Of a stretch of 64,000 nt of DNA, positions 27,897 to 37,586 are shown piece after piece. The notes beneath the pieces are model-generated. The model saw only the letters and a program-made list of their open reading frames with translations. It was not told the DNA's origin and did not search any database. Numbering within the stretch: the stretch's first letter is position 1; each line of letters begins with the position of its first letter. The position numbers were made by a program, and so were the translations under genes. The stretch lies in sequence record SRR20825006_1517; one strand, 5' to 3'.

Positions 27897-28055
27897 ATGC
27901 GCTGAAAGTATAAAATTAAACCCTTAAATCCTTCATAAAACTAGGGGTTTAGCGTTTTTTTTAACCATTAATTAACAGGCAGGTTTTAAATAAATTTTCA
28001 TTTTGCACACCTTAGTTAAAACCCCGACCTTAACACCAAACAATAAAAGTATATA

Positions 28056-29057
28056 ATGGAAGAAAACACTACTATTGATATTAGTGCTGTGAATGAGAAA
28101 ATTGCCCAAGAAAGCGCTTTTATTGACCTTTTAAAGGTTGAAATGAACAAAGCGATAGTAGGGCAGACCCACATGGTCGAACGCTTGCTCATTGGTTTAT
28201 TGGGCAAAGGGCACATTCTGCTCGAAGGTGTTCCCGGACTGGCAAAAACACTGGCCATCAACACCTTGGCAAAAGCCGTGAAAGGAAGTTTCAGCAGAAT
28301 ACAGTTTACTCCCGATCTTTTACCTGCCGACGTTGTTGGTACGCTTATCTACAACATAAAGGAGAACGACTTCTCCATAAAAAAAGGACCCATCTTTGCC
28401 AACTTTGTATTGGCAGACGAGATCAACAGGGCCCCTGCCAAAGTACAGTCCGCCCTTTTGGAGGCCATGCAGGAAAAGCAGGTGACCATTGGTGACGAGA
28501 CCTTTATTTTGGACAAACCGTTTTTGGTAATGGCCACCCAAAACCCTGTGGAACAAGAAGGAACCTACCCACTTCCCGAAGCACAGGTAGACCGATTTAT
28601 GTTGAAAACGGTAATCGATTATCCTAAACTGAACGAGGAGCAGCTCATTATACGCCAAAACCTAAAAGGCGCTACCGAACCCGTTAACCCCGTGGTTTCT
28701 TTGGAGCAAATTCTAAGGGCCCAAGAAACCGTACGTGAGGTTTATATGGATGAAAAAATTGAAAAGTACATTCTCGACATCATCTTCGCAACGCGGTACC
28801 CGGAAAAATACAATTTGGAAAGCTTGAAGCCGCTCATCAGTTTCGGTGCTTCCCCGAGGGGTAGTATCAACTTGGCCAATGCCTCCAAATGCTATGCGTT
28901 CATCAAGCGAAGAGGTTACGTGGTTCCCGAGGATGTAAGGGCCGTGGTACACGACGTACTTCGCCACCGTATCGGGATCACCTACGAGGCCGAGGCAGAA
29001 AATATTACTTCCGAAGAAATCATCAACAAGATTGTAAACGAGGTAGAAGTGCCTTAG
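28056..29057 (+). CDS. moxR: MoxR-family AAA+ ATPase of the Bat locus
   Basis: GVPGLAKT, IQFTPDLLPAD, DEINRA and ATQNPVE motifs. Confidence 0.95.
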   Translation: MEENTTIDISAVNEKIAQESAFIDLLKVEMNKAIVGQTHMVERLLIGLLGKGHILLEGVPGLAKTLAINTLAKAVKGSFSRIQFTPDLLPADVVGTLIYNIKENDFSIKKGPIFANFVLADEINRAPAKVQSALLEAMQEKQVTIGDETFILDKPFLVMATQNPVEQEGTYPLPEAQVDRFMLKTVIDYPKLNEEQLIIRQNLKGATEPVNPVVSLEQILRAQETVREVYMDEKIEKYILDIIFATRYPEKYNLESLKPLISFGASPRGSINLANASKCYAFIKRRGYVVPEDVRAVVHDVLRHRIGITYEAEAENITSEEIINKIVNEVEVP

Positions 29058-29126
29058 CGGTTCAATGTTTATCGGAATAAGTAGCAATACTTTTAACCAA
29101 CCCGAAAACCTATTTTTTTGAACCAA

Positions 29127-29993
29127 ATGGATACAAAGGAACTACTAAAAAAAGTACGTAAAATTGAAATCAAGACTCGGCGTCTTTCCGACCATATTTT
29201 TGGTGGGGAATACCATTCTACGTTCAAGGGTAGGGGGATGACGTTCAGCGAGGTACGCCAGTATCAGTTTGGTGATGATGTGCGCAGCATTGACTGGAAC
29301 GTGACCGCGCGCTACAATGAACCTTATGTTAAGGTTTTTGAAGAAGAGCGCGAACTTACCATGATGCTGATGGTGGACGTGAGCGGCTCGGAACTTTTCG
29401 GCACCTCCAACCAGTTCAAAAAAGACATTGTCACCGAAATTTCGGCCACGCTTGCCTTTTCCGCGCTTCAGAACAACGATAAGGTCGGTGTGATTTTGTT
29501 TTCCGATGAGGTGGAACTCTTCATCCCGCCAAAAAAAGGAAAAAGCCACGTACTCCGAATCATTCGCGAATTATTGGAATTTCATCCAAAAAGCAGCGAA
29601 ACCAATATCGCGGAAGCCTTAAAGTTCTTGACCAATGTGATGAAGAAAAAAGCCATTGTTTTTGTGCTTTCGGATTTTATCGCCGACGATTACGACAATA
29701 CGCTTCGCATTGTGGGCAACAAACATGATGTTACAGGAATCCGGGTGTACGATGAGCGCGAGGAAACCATTCCAAACTTGGGAATGGTGCAAATGCAAGA
29801 TGCAGAAACTGGTGAAATACAATTAGTGAACACCCAATCCAAACAAGTACGTTCAGCTTACGGACAACATTATAAGGACAAAGTTGCCTATTTTTCCAAT
29901 TCCTTTAATAAATCTGGATGCGGTGTAATCAATTGTCGGGCGGATGAAAGTTATGTGAAAAAGCTGTTGGGCTATTTTAAACGTAGAGGATAA
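29127..29993 (+). CDS. DUF58 domain protein
   Basis: FSEVRQYQFGDDVRSIDWNVTAR motif. Confidence 0.93.
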   Translation: MDTKELLKKVRKIEIKTRRLSDHIFGGEYHSTFKGRGMTFSEVRQYQFGDDVRSIDWNVTARYNEPYVKVFEEERELTMMLMVDVSGSELFGTSNQFKKDIVTEISATLAFSALQNNDKVGVILFSDEVELFIPPKKGKSHVLRIIRELLEFHPKSSETNIAEALKFLTNVMKKKAIVFVLSDFIADDYDNTLRIVGNKHDVTGIRVYDEREETIPNLGMVQMQDAETGEIQLVNTQSKQVRSAYGQHYKDKVAYFSNSFNKSGCGVINCRADESYVKKLLGYFKRRG

Positions 29994-31654
29994 TGCGAAT
30001 GGACAACCTACATAAAATTGGAAGCATAAAAGGAGCCCAACACATTTTGGGTGCTTTTTTGTTACTGATGCTTTTACCTACGCTCGGTTTTTCGCAAACA
30101 CAACCCAAGGTCGATGCCGAAGTGGACACCTTGGCCATTAAAATCGGAGAACAGATCAAATACAAGATTACGGTCGAAGCAGATTCCACCGATGTGGTTT
30201 TCTTTCCCGAGGGCCAAACTTTTTCCCCACTTGAAACCGTAGAGGCCATAATGGCCGACACCCTCAAAAATGATGACAAGGTCATTCTTCAAAAAATATA
30301 TTCGCTCACACAGTTTGATAGCGGTGCATATACCATTCCCCCACAGCGAATCGCCATCAACGAGCAGCCTTTTTTCACGGATTCCTTCCAAGTTAAGGTT
30401 GCCGATGTAGCAGTGGACACCACTAAACAGAAGATGTACGACATCAAACCCTTGATTGAGGTAGAGCGGAGCACCGCCGACATGTGGCTTACCGCACTTT
30501 GGATTCTTTTGGGGCTGATTGTGGTAGGTGGATTGGTCTATTGGTTCTTTTTGCGCAAAAAGCCATTGACCGAGGAAGAGAAAGTCGCCTTGCTCCCTCC
30601 TTATGACCGAGCGTTGATGGAGCTGAAAAAACTGGAGAATTCAAGGTATCTCATTCAGGATGAGTACAAACAATACTATTCCGAGCTTACCGATATTGTT
30701 CGTTCCTATTTGGAAGAAGATGTACACGTGACGGCCATGGAAAGTACCACCTCGGAGCTTATCACCAAATTGGAAATGTTGCGCGATGCCGGTGAACTTA
30801 AGTTAGAGGATGATACCATCCAACAATTTCAAAAAATATTGCAAACGGCTGATTTGGTTAAGTTTGCCAAGAACAAACCAGCATCGTCCATTGCGGAACA
30901 GGATAGAAAATTGGTCGAAGAAATTGTGACCAAAACGCACGCTGGACTACCCGAGCCTACCGAAGAAGATTTGTTGTTGGACGAGGAATATCTGGAAGAA
31001 CTTGCGAAGAAAAAACAACGCAAAAGAATCTATTGGGCCGCGGCCATTTTTGCAGGGATCATTGTTCTGGGCGGTATTGGGTCTACCATTTATTTTGGAA
31101 CCAAAAAAGTGCGTGATACCGTTTTTGGCTACCCCACCAAAGATTTATTGGAGAATGAGTGGGTGGCCAGCTCCTATGGTTTCCCTCCCATTCAAATAGA
31201 AACTCCAGAGGTTTTGGTGCGCCAAGAGCCACAGCTACCCAAAGAAACCGAGGAGCTCACCAAAGAACTTCAGGCCTTTTCCTATGGAAGTTATGTTGGC
31301 ATTTTTTCCGTAAGCACAAGTTCCATAACCTTTAAAGAAGAAAAAGAAGAGCCTCAATTTGATGCGGTTATCGGTTCCACCTTAGCCAATTTTGAACAAC
31401 TAGGTCTTAAAAACATCATTACCAAACAAGAGGAATTTGTTACCCAATCCGGTGTAAAAGGGTTGAAAACTTATGGTACCGGAACTCTGGAACGACCCAA
31501 TGGAGACTCCAAAAGGGCCAAATACAACATTCTCACCTTTGGCGGTAAAGGTTTTATCCAGCAAGTGGTAATCACTTGGGAAGAGGAAGATGAATATGCA
31601 GAACAGATCGTTGACCGGATTTTAGGAAGTCTTGACGTAAAAACACAAGTATAA
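29993..31654 (+). CDS. Bat-locus membrane protein (BatD-like/DUF4381)
   Basis: Signal peptide, YDIKP, transmembrane segment, YYSELTDIVRSYLE, ADLVKFAK; position between DUF58 and batA. Confidence 0.8.
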   Translation: MRMDNLHKIGSIKGAQHILGAFLLLMLLPTLGFSQTQPKVDAEVDTLAIKIGEQIKYKITVEADSTDVVFFPEGQTFSPLETVEAIMADTLKNDDKVILQKIYSLTQFDSGAYTIPPQRIAINEQPFFTDSFQVKVADVAVDTTKQKMYDIKPLIEVERSTADMWLTALWILLGLIVVGGLVYWFFLRKKPLTEEEKVALLPPYDRALMELKKLENSRYLIQDEYKQYYSELTDIVRSYLEEDVHVTAMESTTSELITKLEMLRDAGELKLEDDTIQQFQKILQTADLVKFAKNKPASSIAEQDRKLVEEIVTKTHAGLPEPTEEDLLLDEEYLEELAKKKQRKRIYWAAAIFAGIIVLGGIGSTIYFGTKKVRDTVFGYPTKDLLENEWVASSYGFPPIQIETPEVLVRQEPQLPKETEELTKELQAFSYGSYVGIFSVSTSSITFKEEKEEPQFDAVIGSTLANFEQLGLKNIITKQEEFVTQSGVKGLKTYGTGTLERPNGDSKRAKYNILTFGGKGFIQQVVITWEEEDEYAEQIVDRILGSLDVKTQV

Positions 31655-32653
31655 ATGTTTGAGAATATAGAATTTGCAAACCCTGAATTTTTCTGGCTGC
31701 TATTACTGCTGCCATTGGCTTTGCTGTGGTATTTTTTCAAACGGAAAAATGAAATGGCATCCCTCCGTATTTCTAGTATCAAAGGGTTTACGGTAACGAG
31801 CTGGGCCTCAAAATTGAAACCCATCCTGCTAGTAATCCGTCTTTTGGCCTTGGCTGCCATTATAACGGCATTGGCAAGACCTCAAACGGAGGATATCTCA
31901 ACTCGCACAAAAACCACAAAGGGTATCGACATTGTGATGGCCATCGATGTCTCTTCGAGCATGCTGGCACGTGACCTTAAACCCGACCGCTTGACCGCCT
32001 TAAAGGAAGTAGCGGCCGATTTTATCGAAGGGCGCCCAAACGACCGAATCGGTTTGGTAAGCTATGCCGCTGAAAGTTACACCAAAACCCCAATTACCAG
32101 CGACAAGGCCATAGTATTGAACTCTTTGGAGGAAATCACCTATGGTGTACTGGAAGACGGTACAGCCATAGGAATGGGACTGGCCACATCGGTCAACCGC
32201 CTAAAAGAAAGCAAGGCCATTAGTAAAGTTATCATTCTTTTAACGGACGGTGTCAATAATTCTGGCTTTATTGAGCCTAGAACCGCCGCCGATCTTGCAA
32301 TCGAATTCGGGATTAAAACATACACCATTGGTATAGGAACCAACGGAAACGCATTATCCCCGATCGCATATAACAGAGACGGGTCTTACAGGTACGGAAT
32401 GCGACAAGTAGAAATCGATGAGGAATTGCTTGAAGAGATTGCCGATGTAACCGGTGGAAAATATTTCCGTGCTACCGACAATGAGTCTTTGGAAGCTATT
32501 TACGACGAGATCAACAAATTGGAAAAAACAGAAATAGAAGAGTTCAAGTATTACAAATACGAGGAAAAATTCAGGCCATTGATTTTCTTGGCCGGAATAT
32601 TATTGTTGTTGGAATGGGGATTGCGAAACTCCATCTTTAAAAGTTTTATTTAG
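31655..32653 (+). CDS. batA: Aerotolerance VWA protein BatA
   Basis: FANP, ALARPQ, DVSSSM MIDAS, GTAIG and LLTDG motifs. Confidence 0.92.
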   Translation: MFENIEFANPEFFWLLLLLPLALLWYFFKRKNEMASLRISSIKGFTVTSWASKLKPILLVIRLLALAAIITALARPQTEDISTRTKTTKGIDIVMAIDVSSSMLARDLKPDRLTALKEVAADFIEGRPNDRIGLVSYAAESYTKTPITSDKAIVLNSLEEITYGVLEDGTAIGMGLATSVNRLKESKAISKVIILLTDGVNNSGFIEPRTAADLAIEFGIKTYTIGIGTNGNALSPIAYNRDGSYRYGMRQVEIDEELLEEIADVTGGKYFRATDNESLEAIYDEINKLEKTEIEEFKYYKYEEKFRPLIFLAGILLLLEWGLRNSIFKSFI

Positions 32654-32656
32654 AAG

Positions 32657-33709
32657 ATGATTCAGTTTGACGAAAAAATATATTTCTACCTCTTGGCCAT
32701 AATTCCGGTAATGGCCCTGACGTTCTTTTTTCTTCAAATTTGGAAGAAAAAAACACAGAAGCGATTTGCTGATTTAAAGCTATTGAGACGTTTGGCGCCA
32801 AATAAGTCAAACTTTAAATCCACACTTAAATTAGTACTCTTATTAGCGGGAATTTCCTTTTTGGTTTTGGGACTGGTGAATCCAAAAATCGGCACAAAAT
32901 TGGAAACCGTAAAACGTGAAGGAGTAGATATTGTATTTGCACTTGATGTTTCCAAAAGTATGTTGGCAGAGGATATAGCCCCCAACCGATTGGAAAAATC
33001 CAAACGTATTGTGTCGGAAATCATCAACCAATTGGCCAGCGACCGAATCGGGATCATTGCCTATGCCGGGCAGGCCTATCCCCAACTCCCCATCACTACG
33101 GACTACGGAGCGGCAAAAATGTTCTTACAGAGCATGAACACCGATATGTTGTCATCACAAGGAACCGCCATCAACGCAGCCATAGATTTGGCCAGCACCT
33201 ACTATGACGATTCCCAGCAAACGAACAGAGTACTTTTTATTGTTTCCGACGGAGAGGACCATTCCGAAAGTTCTACCATAAATGCCGTTGAAAAAGCTAC
33301 ACAAAATGGAATCCGTGTGTATACCATTGGGGTAGGTAGCACCAAGGGGGCTCCGATTCCCATCAAGCGGAACGGAATCGTGGAAAGCTTGAAAAAGGAC
33401 AACGAAGGAGAAGTGGTCATCACCAAACTGAACGAAAACGTATTGACAGAGATTGCCAATCAGGGCAATGGCGAATATATTGATGGTTCCAACACGGAAA
33501 ATGCTGTGGAATACATCAAAGAAGAACTGAACCGAATGGACAAAACGGAATTTGAAGCCAAGCAGTTTGCCGAGTACAAGGATCAATTCCAATGGTTCCT
33601 CGCCGCAGGCTTTTTATTTCTATTTTTGGACATCTTCGTTTTGGATAGAAAAACACAATGGTTGAAAAAACTGAATCTTTTTAATGAGCACGATGATGAA
33701 CAAGATTAA
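32657..33709 (+). CDS. batB: Aerotolerance VWA protein BatB
   Basis: DVSKSM, PNRLE, PITTDY and SDGEDH motifs. Confidence 0.92.
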   Translation: MIQFDEKIYFYLLAIIPVMALTFFFLQIWKKKTQKRFADLKLLRRLAPNKSNFKSTLKLVLLLAGISFLVLGLVNPKIGTKLETVKREGVDIVFALDVSKSMLAEDIAPNRLEKSKRIVSEIINQLASDRIGIIAYAGQAYPQLPITTDYGAAKMFLQSMNTDMLSSQGTAINAAIDLASTYYDDSQQTNRVLFIVSDGEDHSESSTINAVEKATQNGIRVYTIGVGSTKGAPIPIKRNGIVESLKKDNEGEVVITKLNENVLTEIANQGNGEYIDGSNTENAVEYIKEELNRMDKTEFEAKQFAEYKDQFQWFLAAGFLFLFLDIFVLDRKTQWLKKLNLFNEHDDEQD

Positions 33710-34589
33710 GTTGATGTTTGGACTATTGCTCTGTTTTGGCGCGGTCCAAGCCCAAGATGACATTACCGAAAAAGCGAACAGAGAAGCAGAAAAAGCATTG
33801 CAAGCTTCTAAAAACCTCACCTTCGAGGCCAATGAAGAGCTTACCTCAAATGATTTTGTAACGGCAGAGGCCGACTACAGGAAAGCCATATCCAAAAGCA
33901 ATAAAAATGCCGTGGCAAGATTTAACCTAGGTAATGCTTATTATAACAGGGAAAGTTTTGGCGAAGCCTTTGGACGTTATAAGGAAGCCAGTGATACTGC
34001 CGAAGAAAAAGGAGAAAAGCACAAAGCCTTCCACAACATGGGCAATGTGTTCATGAAACAAAAAGACTATAAGCAAGCTGTTGAGGCATACAAACAGGCA
34101 TTGCGAAAAAATCCCAACGACGACGAGACCCGTTATAATCTTGCTTTGGCAAAAAAAATGCTGGAAAAACAACAGGACGAGCAAAAGAACGACCAAAACC
34201 AGGACAACGAAGACAAAAAAGACGAAGAAAACGAGGACAAGGACAAAAACAAGGACCAGAACAACGAAGGGGGCGATAACGAGAAGAAGGACGAGGGCGA
34301 ACAAAAAGAAGACGAAAACAAGGATAAAGGTGACCAAGGTGATAATGGTGAAAACAAGCCCGAAGAAAATAAAGAGGGCGAAGGCGATAAGAAAAAAGAG
34401 CAAGAGAAGAAACCTAATGAAGGTGACCAACCCAATGACAAACAGCAACAGCCAAGACCCAACCAACTTTCTGAGCAGCAAATCCAGAATTTACTAGAGG
34501 CCATGCAGAACGAAGAGAAAAAAGTTCAAGAAAAAATGGAGGCCCGTAAGGTTCGTGGGAAAAAAATCAAAAACGAGAAGGACTGGTAA
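33693..34589 (+). CDS. batC: TPR protein BatC
   Basis: TPR repeats, D/E/K/N/Q low-complexity linker, C-terminal EKDW. Confidence 0.9.
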   Translation: MMNKIKLMFGLLLCFGAVQAQDDITEKANREAEKALQASKNLTFEANEELTSNDFVTAEADYRKAISKSNKNAVARFNLGNAYYNRESFGEAFGRYKEASDTAEEKGEKHKAFHNMGNVFMKQKDYKQAVEAYKQALRKNPNDDETRYNLALAKKMLEKQQDEQKNDQNQDNEDKKDEENEDKDKNKDQNNEGGDNEKKDEGEQKEDENKDKGDQGDNGENKPEENKEGEGDKKKEQEKKPNEGDQPNDKQQQPRPNQLSEQQIQNLLEAMQNEEKKVQEKMEARKVRGKKIKNEKDW

Positions 34590-36376
34590 TGAAATTGTTG
34601 AAAGGCAACATATTGCTTTTTTTGGGAATGTTCCTCCTTGTGGGGATTTATTCGCATGCCCAAGACGAAACCAAGGGGGTAGAGTTCACAATGAACTTGA
34701 GCAAAGAGGAATTGGGAGTCAATGAGCGTCTGAGGGTAGATTTTACCATGAACAAGGATGGAGACAACTTTAAGCCGCCGCAATTTGAAGGATTCAATGT
34801 GGTTATGGGGCCATCACAATCTATCAGCTCATCTTGGATAAACGGCAAAAGAAGCTTTTCCAAGACCTACACCTATATTTTGGTCCCCACTGCAAGGGGC
34901 AGCTTTACCATCAATCAAGCAACTATAGAGATTGCAGGGCAGACCTACAAGACCACACCGCAAAAAGTTGAGGTTACGGCGGCTGTGGACAAACCTAATT
35001 CTCAGAAAACCGTAGACGATGTTGCCGACGAAAACCTTCATCTGGTGGCAGAGGTATCCAAAGGCAACCCGTACATGAACGAAGCCGTTACGGTCATATA
35101 CAAACTGTATGTGAGTCCTAACGTTAGTGTTACCAACTATCGCCCATTGGACAACCCTACGTATAACAATTTTTGGAGCCAGGACATTCCCGTTACCAAG
35201 CATACTGCACAAAATGGTACCTATCAAGGCAAACCATACCGCTACGTGGTCTTAAAGCGTGTTGTGCTATACCCTCAAAAATCCGGTCAATTGAATATTG
35301 AACCGCTTTCCTTGGAAATATTTGTGGACGTTCCAACGAACCGTCGTGACTTTTTCGGCGGAAGGATTTATACCTCGACCAGCAAGACGGTATCCGCAGG
35401 AAGCAGAACCATCAATGTCAAACCATTGCCTGAAGCAGGAAAACCAGCAGGTTTTAGTGGTGCTGTCGGTGATTTTGACTTTTCGGTAACCACTAGCAAA
35501 ACACAGTTGAACGCCTCGGAATCGCTACAGGCAAAGGTGGAAGTTTCTGGAAAGGGCAACCTAAAATTGTTCCAACTCCCGGAACCCGAACTTCCCAGTT
35601 CATTGGAGGTCTACGATCCAGAGTATGAGGAATCCATAAACACGTACAGTTCTGGTATGGAGGGCAAAGTGTCTAACAATTATACCATTGTACCATCATT
35701 TAGGGGAAAATACCCTATACCAAGCATATCTTTCAGCTTCTTTAATCCAGGTACCGGCAAATACGAGACCATACGTTCGGAAGAAATAAATATCGAGGTG
35801 ATAGAAGGACCAACAGCCAGTTCAGGAACTTTGGCCGGTCCATCATCCAACAAACAAGTGGTTGTTCCCACGGGCGATCAATTCCACTTTATCAATATAA
35901 ACCCAAACCTAAGTGCCATTAGTTCAGAAAAATTCTTTGGCTCCAACCTATTCTTCATTTTATTGTTTGCTCCATTAATATTGATTCCAATTGCCATTTT
36001 TACGTTTAAAAAACGAGAAGCAATAGCTAGTGATGTTGTGGGCAATAAAATCAAAAGAGCAAACAGATTGGCCAGAAAATATCTGTCAACGGCCAAAAAG
36101 GAACTCGGTAACAAAGAAGCCTTTTATGTGGCCTTGGAAAAGGGGCTGCACAATTATTTGAAAGCCAAATTACATATTGAGACATCTGAGTTCAGCAAGG
36201 ATAAAATTACGAGCATCCTTTCTGAAAAAAATGTAAACAATTCGGACATCCAAGGCTTTATAAGTTTATTGACCAGTTGTGAAATGGCACGTTACAGTCC
36301 TTTCTCCAATGTACAGATGCAACAGGATTATGAAAAGGCGAGTGAGGTAATCTCTAATCTGGACAAACAACTATGA
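34589..36376 (+). CDS. batD: BatD family protein
   Basis: SWINGK, FSGAVG, G.GN and CEMARYSP motifs. Confidence 0.92.
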   Translation: MKLLKGNILLFLGMFLLVGIYSHAQDETKGVEFTMNLSKEELGVNERLRVDFTMNKDGDNFKPPQFEGFNVVMGPSQSISSSWINGKRSFSKTYTYILVPTARGSFTINQATIEIAGQTYKTTPQKVEVTAAVDKPNSQKTVDDVADENLHLVAEVSKGNPYMNEAVTVIYKLYVSPNVSVTNYRPLDNPTYNNFWSQDIPVTKHTAQNGTYQGKPYRYVVLKRVVLYPQKSGQLNIEPLSLEIFVDVPTNRRDFFGGRIYTSTSKTVSAGSRTINVKPLPEAGKPAGFSGAVGDFDFSVTTSKTQLNASESLQAKVEVSGKGNLKLFQLPEPELPSSLEVYDPEYEESINTYSSGMEGKVSNNYTIVPSFRGKYPIPSISFSFFNPGTGKYETIRSEEINIEVIEGPTASSGTLAGPSSNKQVVVPTGDQFHFININPNLSAISSEKFFGSNLFFILLFAPLILIPIAIFTFKKREAIASDVVGNKIKRANRLARKYLSTAKKELGNKEAFYVALEKGLHNYLKAKLHIETSEFSKDKITSILSEKNVNNSDIQGFISLLTSCEMARYSPFSNVQMQQDYEKASEVISNLDKQL

Positions 36377-37140
36377 TCATCATGAAGAAGATTGCATTTT
36401 TGATATTGCTGCTTTCCTTCTCTTTTGGTTTTGCCCAAAACGAGGCGTTATTTAATAGAGCAACGGAACTGTACAATGATGCCGAATATGCTGCAGCTAT
36501 AGATAATTACAAGCAAATTCTGGATAATGGCCAACATTCCGCTTCTTTATATTTTAATTTGGGGAATTGTTATTACAAACTCAATGCCATTGGGCCGAGT
36601 ATTTACTACTACGAAAAAGCGCTGCTTTTGAGCCCCAATAACGAAGAGATTCGAAATAATTTAGCATTTGCGCAAAATATGAGGCTCGATGCTATAGAGG
36701 AAATGCCAAAAACGGAGATGTCAAGAATATATAATTCCGTCATTGGTATGTTCACATCGGACCAATGGTCCTATCTGGCCATTTCACTTGTCTTTTTATT
36801 TGTGCTTGCGTACATGGCCTACTACTTTTTGAGGCCTGCCAACCAAAAAAGAGCAGCCTTTATTTCCAGTATGCTATCGCTTGTTCTCTGTTTGGTCTGT
36901 ATTTTATTGGCATACCTTAACCACCAACAGAACAGGAACGACGACCCTGCAATCATATTTGCAAAAGAAGTCAACGTAAATGCAGAACCGAACGTAAACA
37001 GTAGTACAGCTTTTACTCTTCACGAAGGAACCAAAGTGAACGTTTTGGACGAACTCGACGAATGGAGGAGAATCCGTATTGCAGATGGACAAACAGGTTG
37101 GTTACAAGTTGACAGTATCAAGAAAATCAAGGAGTTTTAG
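36373..37140 (+). CDS. batE: TPR + SH3 protein BatE
   Basis: YFNLGNCYYK TPR; LHEGTKV...GQTGW SH3b domain. Confidence 0.92.
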   Translation: MIIMKKIAFLILLLSFSFGFAQNEALFNRATELYNDAEYAAAIDNYKQILDNGQHSASLYFNLGNCYYKLNAIGPSIYYYEKALLLSPNNEEIRNNLAFAQNMRLDAIEEMPKTEMSRIYNSVIGMFTSDQWSYLAISLVFLFVLAYMAYYFLRPANQKRAAFISSMLSLVLCLVCILLAYLNHQQNRNDDPAIIFAKEVNVNAEPNVNSSTAFTLHEGTKVNVLDELDEWRRIRIADGQTGWLQVDSIKKIKEF

Positions 37141-37197
37141 ACAAAAACCCCTTTTCCTTGCCCAGAATTCCTTATTTTAGATAAAATTGATGTTTTT

Positions 37198-37506
37198 GTG
37201 AAGACACTCCTGTTCCCTATGATATCATTGTTACTGATATTTGCATTATCAGTATCCCCAATTATTCCCTTGTTGGATAAAGAATCGGGCAAAACAATAG
37301 TTATTGGTGCGGCTGAAGAGGAAAAGAGCAGTAAAACGTTCACCATCGAAAAATTTGATGAAGCCGATACGTTCTATAAATATTTTTTTGATTCACATAA
37401 TCAACACTTCGTACAAGATAGCTCTTTGGGTTATCTTGGATATATTTTCCCCTTTTCGGACTATACCGTAGAAATCTTGGACCCTCCCCCTAGAAATTTG
37501 GTGTAA
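37198..37506 (+). CDS. Small exported protein ending in DPPPR; candidate leader/arrest peptide
   Basis: GTG start, hydrophobic N-terminus, acidic EEEK segment, C-terminal ILDPPPRNLV directly upstream of sulP. Confidence 0.7.
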   Translation: MKTLLFPMISLLLIFALSVSPIIPLLDKESGKTIVIGAAEEEKSSKTFTIEKFDEADTFYKYFFDSHNQHFVQDSSLGYLGYIFPFSDYTVEILDPPPRNLV

Positions 37507-37586
37507 ACTTTAGTTCTAAATCAAATTTTTAACCTTCTTCTATGAAAACCTAACCAAAAAATAGAAGAGTAATCTTACACATCATC

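Noticed and set aside
34170-34460. Low-complexity GAC/AAC/GAA repeats and long antisense ORFs
   Set aside because: This is the normal D/E/K/N/Q-rich linker of BatC, not a tandem repeat array or CRISPR.
28056-37140. moxR-DUF58-batABCDE operon as a novel system
   Set aside because: This is the well-known Bacteroides aerotolerance (Bat) locus in its canonical order.
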